Positions 54,452 through 64,000 of a stretch of 64,000 nt of DNA are shown here, in pieces. The notes beneath the pieces were generated by a model. That model searched no databases and was not told the origin of the DNA. It was given only the letters and a program-made list of their open reading frames with translations. Made by a program: the position numbers and the translations under genes. The number at the start of each line of letters is the position of its first letter. The stretch's first letter is position 1. Origin of the DNA: Octopus vulgaris (taxonomy: Eukaryota); the NCBI GenBank assembly GCA_951406725.2, contig OX597814.1, positions 147,808,001-147,872,000 on the forward strand, given 5' to 3'.

Positions 54452-55057
54452 TTATTATTATTGAGTGGGAGAGCACTGCATGCCTTCAAAGGGACATTGG
54501 GATAAAATATACGAAGCCCAATATACCCATCATGACTACACGTCTGATATGGGTACACCAGGCACATGCATCACAACCATATATGCATGTGATATAACAT
54601 CTCAAGATAAACAGTGCATGACCTTGCATGTGGGGCCCAGTTAGAATCTTCCTGAGGTGGAGTTGCTTATCCTGTTCAAAAGGTCCCTGAATAAGGGTTG
54701 TTTAAGGATGTTGAACGAAACACTCATGTTTCCAGAGGTGAATTATCCAAACTCCAAAGAATTCCTCTCAGCATATGTCTATGATGCTCACCCACTACTT
54801 CTGCTCGCGATCAAAGATGCATATATCGTCAGCCACTAAGGGACATGCTCAACTAGTTTAAGTGAAACAACTGACTAGCAAATCTGTAGTATTAAGCAGA
54901 ATATTTGCTGTAGCCCGTCTTTTATAACAAGTCATATGCTGTAGCCCGTCTTTTATAACAAGAAATATGCTATTCGAAGCGATAGTCTACATGATTACAC
55001 TTCCATTCAGTTAAGATCAGAAGCCATGAGAGCTACTGTCTGCTACTGCATCAGGGC
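54452..55057 (-). mobile_element. Non-LTR retroposon fragment with (AAT)n tail
   Basis: Higher-GC block bounded by triplet repeats; minus strand ends ..GCTCTCCCACTCAATAATAAT; recognised from memory as a common cephalopod repeat, unverified. Confidence 0.55.
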
Positions 55058-55093
55058 TTAAGTATTGCATCATCATCATCATCATCATCATCA

Positions 55094-55150
<57 letters not shown>

Positions 55151-56169
55151 GAGGTGATCTGAACAAAGACGTATTCGTTCTGATCATTAACATCAGATTT
55201 CTTTCAGCATTTAGAATATATATTTTCCGTAACTATCTGGTATGAGTCTATTCACTAGGTAGCTCTAGCTAGCTTCGTAAACAGCTTTCTATTTTAGTTT
55301 GCTTGTAATATAACTTTTATGGCTAAACACTGAGATAATTAGTCTATCGCATAAAGAAAATCGAGCTAAGGGAAATAATCAAAATAAACGAAAAAAAAAA
55401 CATTGAGGAAAAACATTATACAAGTATTAATGCACGGAAAATTTGTTCATCAGTATTTCTTGAGGAATTCAAATTTCCTATTTAAAGAACGGAAGCAAGA
55501 GCCTATATGTAATCTTTAGCAACTCATAATAAAATGGGATATAATTACAAAAATAATGAATAAAATATACTAACTATCATGCTTAAAAGAAATATGGTCG
55601 TTGTTAGTGAGGTCTCTGTCGGCAACGAACTTGTTTGAGCGGTTTGAACTCTCTTGGTCTCCTTTTTGTCTTGCGTTGTAGTGATGCCTTTTTGTACATG
55701 CACGGTAAGCTGTCTACAAAATGTAGCATCTGTCCAACTATGTTAATAAATACAATCTTGGCGTTTACTATTTAAAGTTGTACAAACATATTGGCAAATG
55801 ACATTAATTATCGAAAATTGAATGGGCGGTATCCAAGCTTTGTGGTCTTTTGATAGTGACTTTGATAATTACTTTGTTTTTGTAGTACATTAATAATATA
55901 TGATGACGGAATATAATGCATATAATATTCTGTTGGATGATATTGAAAATAACATAATCACCTATCCTATATCCAGTGTTATTTTGTTCATATATTACAT
56001 ATTGCGTGGATCATTTGTTATAACTAGGTATTTTGATTGCTGTGTTTACTGTGTTCATTTTGTTTCTGTGCTGCTATGTAATTTGGTATATTAAATTCTT
56101 TGTATTCCAATTGTTCATTACAATTTCATTTATTCTGTAATAATTCTTTTAATTATTTTTTGTTTGCAG

Positions 56170-56252
56170 TGCTTCATTTGTGGAGGAGAATCTAAAGGCT
56201 CTTCTGAGTAAAGGATTTTACACATATCTATGTGGACATTCACTAACTCCAT
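56170..56252 (+). other. Possible internal exon (83 nt), coding status unknown
   Basis: Strong acceptor TTATTTTTTGTTTGCAG (AG 56168-69) and donor GTAAGT (56253-58); one open frame ASFVEENLKALLSKGFYTYLCGHSLTP with no recognised homology. Confidence 0.3.
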
Positions 56253-57673
56253 GTAAGTAATGGCATTTATTTATAAATCGTGTCAGTATAACTTGTAGAA
56301 AATTTGTGCTTGTTTTTTCAACCGCCGGGTAAACATTATTGCATAAGGTCAGCATAGAAAACTTATCAAATGTAGTCACGACCGCGCATTGCATTTCCAC
56401 ACATGGATAAGGGAATGGAGCCGTCATTTGTGTCTAGGAAAGTATTTCCTAAACAAGATTTTCGATATCGCTAAACATTCAGTAATTTTGTTTCTTAGAC
56501 ATTTGCGTTGGCCTCACTGTAAAGCATCAGGCAAGAACATATGTGCCCGTTCGTGTTTAATACTTTGGGAAATAGGGTAAGATACCGAAATTTAGTAACA
56601 GAATTTATTTCGACATTTAGAAATTTATCTTATGAAAATATAGTAATAAACTGAAGAAATGATCGGAATTGTTTTATAGATTAGTAATCTACGACTAATA
56701 ATTACATATATATGTATGGTTGTGTATTTTAATTGACTACAATTGTATATCTTCCTGAGATTTGAAAGAATGGGAAGCTAGACGATTCTATTTACAGAGA
56801 AGCACATGTTTACTCCAGAAATGTTCAGCACGTCTGTATATTAGCTCATATGTGCATGAGTACTTGTCTGTAGTTTTTGTGTGTGTGGGGGTAGAGTGCA
56901 ATAATTGGCTGACTTTTTAAATAACAACACCTACAGCTTTCTAAGCTACTAGCAATCTCCCTAGACATTGCAATTAATTGGCAAGAGATAAAATATACGA
57001 TTTGTTTAACTTATTCTGGAAATAAACAAAAGCAGAAAGTTGATTCTCGTGTATGTATGTATGTTTGTATGTATAAAATTTTATTCATATATATATATAT
57101 ATGTGAAATTTTATATTTACTTTTAGTTTTATTGTAAAAGAAGGGATAGTACACCTGAAGTAATATATGTTGATGAAAGAGAATATCCTGGTAAAATGCG
57201 TATAAAATTTAAACCTTTTGATCACAAACTACAGAAATAATACCATTGCGTTGGTGCAGAAGTGATATTATTAGATTCGGGCGTGACTTACTTTATGTCG
57301 TTTTATGTTTCAAACACTAAGAGTATAGGTATGATCAGACACAGACACATTTTCCTCTCGGCATTAAGAATTTAATTTTTGATATAAAAACATAGGCTCT
57401 TTGTTCATTCCTGCAATAAGGGAAAAAAGGTAATTAAGTGTATATATTCATATAAATTTATATATGAGAGCAACGTCACATGGAGAAAGAACAAAAGATG
57501 TTGCTTTAAAAGGGAAGGTAACTACTTAACGGACACGAAATATGCTATTCGAAGCGATAGTGGCGAACAGTGATGATGAGAGCTCAAAATGCATTGGTGA
57601 ATATATACTTTATTTGTGGATTGACAATGCTTTATGCTCAATACTGCATTTAGTGATATATATATATATGGAT

Positions 57674-57740
<67 letters not shown>

Positions 57741-58045
57741 CACCGTGATCACCGTGACCGACCAGGCAATCAGATGTTGCTACACATCGCTGGTCACAAT
57801 GCGCTTCGCATTGTTTTAGCTTTCAAATGACGTCACCCCGCTGACTAAGCGAGCAGGCCAACAGAAGAAAGAGTGAGAGAAAGTTGTGGCGGAAGAGTAC
57901 AGCAGGGATCGCCACCACCCCCTGCCGCAGCCCCTTGGAGGTTTAGGTGTTTTCGATCAATAAACCCTCACAACGCCCGGTCTGGGAATCGAAACCGAGA
58001 TCCTACAACTGCGAGTCCGCTGCCCTAACCGCTGGGCCATTGCGC

Positions 58046-58047
<2 letters not shown>
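57741..58047 (-). mobile_element. tRNA-derived SINE (family E), well preserved
   Basis: Minus-strand head AGGCGCAATGGCCCAGCGGTTAGGGCAGCGGACTCG..GGTTTCGATTCCCAGACC (A and B boxes); tail GGTCACGGTGATCACGGTG; flanked by (TA)n and (CA)n. Confidence 0.9.
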
Positions 58048-58093
<46 letters not shown>

Positions 58094-58097
<4 letters not shown>

Positions 58098-58266
58098 CCT
58101 TTATTCGTGGGGTTAACAAGGCAACCAAAAGTTTCATGTCAAGAGACCTCCACAATTGTTTAAGTGTGCTACATGTAGGTGTTGCTAAAAGTCCCCGTTA
58201 TGTATGAGAAAATCCCATTCGCATGAAACCATTGGTTGTCTTGTTAACCCGCAAATAAACTAATAT
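58094..58266. mobile_element. MITE-like element with about 40-bp imperfect terminal inverted repeats
   Basis: TTTATTCGTGGGGTTAACAAGGCAACCAAAAGTTTCATG (58100-38) versus CATGAAACCATTGGTTGTCTTGTTAACCCGCAAATAAA (58222-59). Confidence 0.7.
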
Positions 58267-58863
58267 GTATATGTATCCAAATGTGTGTGCCATCATTTCA
58301 TGAAACTTAACACTAGGGCAGAATACTCTCAGTTCTTACACCTGTAATATAGTCGCTTGCATAAGACTGCAATGAGGAAAGACCAAATACCACACACAGA
58401 CATATAGCTTTCATTGTATATTATTGCACTCTACCTAAAAGTAGTGTCGTACATCGTTTCGCTTAACCTCACTTCACATGAGAACGGCACTACCGTTGTT
58501 TATATTTGCTATGAGTGTGTACAAACACAAACATATATTTTGTGCCTGAGAGTGTAGATGTGTACATACCTATATATATATATGTATGTGTGTGTGTGCT
58601 TGTGTGTGCGTATTAATACTATATAAGCCATAATATATACATTCATATATATAAAGACATGTATGTATTAATAATACTCACACACACACATATATATATA
58701 TATATGAACATATATATACATTTATTTATGCGTATGTGTCTATACTATTGTACGTAAATATATATTTTTGAAGTATATATATCTATATTTATGCGGATAT
58801 TTGAGTTTGTGTATATAAATATGTCTGTATGTGTGCATATATAATATATGTATATAGTGTGTG

Positions 58864-58949
58864 TGGTGTGTATATGTTGTGTTTGTCTATATATATACAA
58901 TACAATTGGTGTGTATATGTTGTGTTTGTCTCTATATATACAATACAAT
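58864..58949. repeat. 43-bp tandem duplication
   Basis: TGGTGTGTATATGTTGTGTTTGTCT(A/C)TATATATACAATACAAT twice. Confidence 0.9.
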
Positions 58950-59441
58950 TGCATGCATGTGTTCTTATATATAGAAATGCGATTTTATGTGTGTGTTTTT
59001 GCAACGCACCTAATACACAGCTGCGCTGTAAATGTCTATTTGACAATGTCTCAATATCAATATCTATAAAGAAATTCCAAAAATGAAAATCAGATTATCA
59101 ACAATATATATGTTCCATATCTCGTCACTAATCGCATAGTTAAGTAAATTGATACATTGCTATGTACATGAAACATGAAACATTCACCTATTCTACAACA
59201 TACAGTATCTTATGGTTCACCAGATTCTTTCAAAGATTTACAAAGTGAATCGCATCGAGGTTTTCCTTTCATATGACTATTTATGGTTTTTCTATTCTGG
59301 TGCAATACGATAATTGAATTTATTCACTTCATATAAACTTTATAGTAATCCTACTTTATGAAGTAATACCGTTTCTTCCATACGTAGGTAACACGGATAC
59401 AAATCACAAATGTTTAGAGAAATAAAAGCCATGAAGTCCTA

Positions 59442-59488
<47 letters not shown>

Positions 59489-60087
59489 ACATAATATTGA
59501 AAGTGAGCACGTGTTGTATTCAATTTCTCAATCATACATAGAGAACTCACATATGTGTATCGTATTTGTTACTTAGGGCACACATGACAATATAAACTCA
59601 CTGATTTAGCTAGGGATATTTGTATATATGTAAGTATATATATAAATTTGTATGTTTTTATTTGTTTGTAGGTGTGCCTATGTTTCATGTGAACATTTGT
59701 ACACGTAGGTGCACCTGTATATACGCAAGTGTGTATGCATATACGTTAGTCTATGTATATACTTACATGTTTTCGTATATAAGTATTTTATTTCCACATG
59801 CTCATCTGTGTGAATATTACAGCGATTCTTTTAGTCAAATACAAATGCAAACGTATTTTATGCTATTGATGCGGAGGTAAAAGTTTAAGGGCATTTCTTA
59901 ACGGTTCGTTTCACGGTAGTTGATCACTCCTCAAACAAGTCCCTCCCAGCGGGTCATCTGGTAAATAAAGCAGGCTTAAGGCGAACTGATTTATTTGCAT
60001 ATTAGCGCTTTTGACTGCTCTTCATTAATTAGCATTTTTGTACAAAACACAGCATAAATCAGAAATATTGAAATATATCTAAACAAT

Positions 60088-60156
60088 GGCGGTGCCCCAG
60101 CATGGCCACAGCTCATAAGCTGAAACTAGAATCAATCAATCAATCAATCAATCAAT
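60088..60156 (+). mobile_element. Severely 5'-truncated retroposon 3' end with (TCAA)n tail
   Basis: GGCGGTGCCCCAGCATGGCCACAG..CTGAAAC matches the family B tail but ends in (ATCA)n. Confidence 0.75.
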
Positions 60157-63100
60157 ACAAAGCCTCACGGTATGGTGAATAATTACCAAAACATCATGTG
60201 TATGTTATGTGCAGTAAAACAGGGTAGATAATCGTTTGATAGATTGTTACTGATTAGGGATGAAATCTTGAGGATTATAGAAGGAATTATGGAACGGTTC
60301 GTCTGTAGACTAACACCCTCACTTTGCTACGCATTAACAGCTTAAAAAGAAAGTATTACCAGTGTTACTTTTACACACAATAAGGATTTGTAATATTGAA
60401 CTTTAATTCAGTTCTGCTGATTTACGCTTTGCTGTTGCATAACACACACAATCACACATACATTAACCAGAACATGGTTCGTGTTGGATACACTTCAAGA
60501 AAGAAATCAGTGCGTTATAATGTGGAATCGATATTGCTTTGACTGTACAGTTTCTCCACTACATCCATGTATTCCTTCAAAGGCGTTTGAATATATTCAA
60601 ATTTCATTGAGATAATTGTACAGCTGTGTGACATCACGTAGTTATTATATACTCATACAAATATTCTTACAAATATACATATATAATTGATTTTTATACG
60701 TATACTTGTATGAATACATACTATAAGACGTCATAATGTTGTCTAAAATCCACATCTAAATCTGATCAATTTTATTTTGTATATTGAAATCTTAGTCAGT
60801 GTAGGAACGGCCATTCCTAGTGAACGCCTTCAGATCTGTTAAAAATGGCTGGAATTTTATCCTCACTCTGTGTAATTGAGTCGAATGCTCGCAACAAAGA
60901 TTATGCTCTCCTTAATGTCACTAAGTGTCATGTCGTTTCGTTAAATCGGGTTATAAATTAAGTCTATTGACCTGCATGCAGATCGAACCGATCTTTACAT
61001 AGGATTCATACAATTTCCTTCAAATAAATGTCAATAACAAAGTTTTGGTAGATCTGAGGCTACGGCAGAATATTGATATGCTGGGCGATCAGTTTGATTT
61101 TGATACCTGCGTCTCCATGTACAATTCAAATTTTCTAACCCTCTGGGTGTGTGCCTGTAAGGGTCTAAGCGGTGAGCTTGTAAAAGCAGCTAAGTTTTTC
61201 TCAAACCTCACTCCACTATCTTCAATATGACAAGAACACATGATACTGTATTACATGTTTTTAAAATAAAAGGAGTGTTGCAACATTATTGCTTTCTAAT
61301 GATAGGTCTAACCTATCGCAATTGACCTCATGTTAAAAGAAAACATTTGGAACAGCAATAATTTGTCCAGCAGTATTCTTTAGTTAAGGTATGATGTCAC
61401 TGTTAGGCGTAAGACTCATCATGATCGTTAGATTGTTGGTTCGATTCTCGTACCGAGCAGGCTCTTATGTTCTTGTGTGGTCGTAACAGAAACTTCTTTG
61501 ATCATATGTGTTTCTTGATTAGTTTGGTGCAACATATCCTTAGAAGTTTAACAACTTAGCCTGTATGCAGTTGCTCCATCTGATAAGATTAGCAACCAAA
61601 TTGCACTCAAATAGTTCCTAACCGTTAAGGAAAGATGCATGCTGCATCTAAAGCAACATTATAATAATTTGAATTTAAAGCAAACAATACCAGCTGAATC
61701 GTTTTCAGGATATGTATACTCAGTCAGTGTTGATTTCGGGTTAAAACAGCAATTGCTTTAAAAACTGAAGGATATTGATATGTTCGAATTTATTTCTCTC
61801 TAGTATTGTGAAGAAAAAAATACAATGTTTCTCGTACATGTAAGATAATAGAAGTCAACGTTTTATTCATCTTTGTAGTCCTCTAACCTCAAAACAAAAA
61901 TCAGTTACTAAAATTATTTTTTAATTACATTTAAATAAATCGTGAAGATAAACCAAGTTTATTTGATAAAGACATTCTGAAATTGGGTTAATTTAATTAA
62001 AAAGAATGATGAATTAAATAATCTTAATAATGTAGTTAGAAATATTAGTTGAAATCATAAGCTTAATCCATTTTTAGCTTTCTGTCTTTTCAGTTGTATT
62101 TATTCATTCATTTATTGGTTAGTCATTCAACACACTGTTTGCTTTTTTCCCCCTTTTTCTTTTTCAACAAATTCTAAATCTAGATTTGAAAAAAAGCTTT
62201 GGGACATGTAAATAGATATTTTAACTTAATGACTCGACTAAGTAGTAAAGCTGGTCTTCAAATTTACGTTCAACAGAATCTCGCTCACTTAGTTCATAAA
62301 CTCTAATGGTAGCAGTTAGATTCCATCTATTGAATACAGTATCTTTTTTCGCAAGTCAAAGATTCCGATGTCTGCCCCCTCCATATCCTACGAAGGAAAC
62401 AATCCTATTTTCTTAATTAGATAATTCATTTCACCAGTTTAAGAGACTATAATTTCATTTGGTTTTAGATAGTCATTTTAGCGTTTTAAATAAACAATTC
62501 TTTTCTGAGTACATTTTAAAAAATTTGAGTTATTTTTTTATACTATTTTTAAATTCGTTTATTTTAGCTAAAATTTCTTCTAAAATTAGTCTTTAGATTT
62601 AAAATATTTATTTGTTTATTTCCATCCTCAGAAAAAAAAGTAAAAAAATAAACGATAGCTCATCTTGATTTCAGCTGTATTCAATTCTTAGTAATTTTCT
62701 TTTGTAATTCAACAAAACTGCGTTTATTCGCCTCATTTATAATTTCTTTTATTGTGTTTTATTATCAAGTAGTCAAATAATTTAATGTTTCCTAAAGTTT
62801 ATTTATATTTCACCCTTGACAGTTTTTGTATTGCCTTAATAATATAAACGAGCCTGGAAAATATTTTAAAGAAATAACAAAATTCTCACATAGTGTTTGT
62901 TTATTATTTGATTTGATTCATATAAACAATCATTGTTTAGAACGAAGTAAAAGGAACGCTGTCCATAGTTATTGTTCAGCTTTTAGTTTTGTAGAGCGAT
63001 GCGTGTAAATGGAGTAGTCGAATAACATTTACATAGAGCTGTTATTCTAGAGAAGGTTAGGATGAAACGTTTAGCATACAGCATTCAATTCAAAATGAAA

Positions 63101-63160
63101 TGAATTAGACAAAGCAGATGTGTCATGTGTCTCCGGCGGATATTTTACATAACTAGTTAC

Positions 63161-63246
63161 TTCAAAGGAACAAGGATGTTTTGTAGTAACGGTAGAAGTA
63201 ACACAAACAGGACGTGACACGGCAGGAGCTTGTTGGTGAGCAACAT
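63161..63246 (-). CDS. Speculative first coding exon encoding a signal-peptide-like segment
   Basis: AAAATG start context, MLLTNKLLPCHVLFVLLLPLLQNILVPL hydrophobic stretch, then possible donor AA|GTAACT; no downstream exon identified. Confidence 0.2.
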
Positions 63247-64000
63247 TTTGTTAGGTAACCAGATATGGCTGTTCTCTGGCACCAAAAATAATATTTGTTC
63301 TTTCACTATTATACCAATTTCAATCATTTGGCTGCTATCACGCATGCGCTTTGATTTAATGATTTTTCTCCAAAAGTTATTTAAAGTCTTATTTTATCGA
63401 TCTCTTTAAAACGAAGCTTGGAGGGATATATCCCAACATCACTTACCAAGTTATCAAGCGGCGTGAGACAATCACAATATATATGCATGTTGTGTACACA
63501 AACACACACACGCCCGGACACACGCATACACACACACATCTTCGCAGTTTCCATCTTCCAAATTCACTCGCTAAATATCAGTCGGTGTTATAGTACAAGA
63601 CATTTGCCCAACGTAGTGAATTCGAAGTGCGAATTGTGAAGTGAGCTTCTTAGCTACACAGCCATACCTGCACATATATCATATTGTCTGGAGAGAAATC
63701 TTACTCTATTGCTACATCATTCAAAATCATTGCATAAATTTACCAGTAGACTTAGCGTACATTAGAATTCTGAAGCACATAGGTTATATTACAAAATATA
63801 CTTTTTTTAAAGGTGAAGTCAAGGGTAGAAGATCGGTACTTATGGAATCTTTAAGTTCTCATATACTAACGAGGAAGAAGAGAACTTGTTCTTGGAGCAG
63901 AAGCCAGTCCAGAGTGCTTTCGGAAGATAGCAGTTTATTAAATACTTTAAGGAGGAGAAGGAGGTGGTGGTGTTAAGGTGGTCGATTGATTAAGTCTGTC

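Overview
AT-rich, microsatellite-dense eukaryotic non-coding DNA (intronic or intergenic). The repeat families resemble those I recall from octopus/coleoid cephalopod genomes; this is an inference, not a database result. No intact protein-coding gene is supported, and almost all ORFs in the track are translations of (TA)n/(CA)n/triplet microsatellites. The window is a mosaic of tRNA-derived SINEs (several families, one nested tandem array), an old dispersed repeat in about 15 copies, RTE-LINE and Penelope-like retroelement remnants, and mariner- and Tigger-like DNA transposon derivatives. Most notable: several short elements carrying minimal type I hammerhead ribozyme motifs (best at 21455-21500 and 52779-52813), a pre-miRNA-like hairpin with Microprocessor motifs on the minus strand (32899-32981), a ~255-bp near-perfect foldback (46382-46636), a mariner derivative whose right end is an inverted copy of its own 5' end, and a 25-bp templated-insertion scar (54962 = 57537). 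Most repeat boundaries are approximate.
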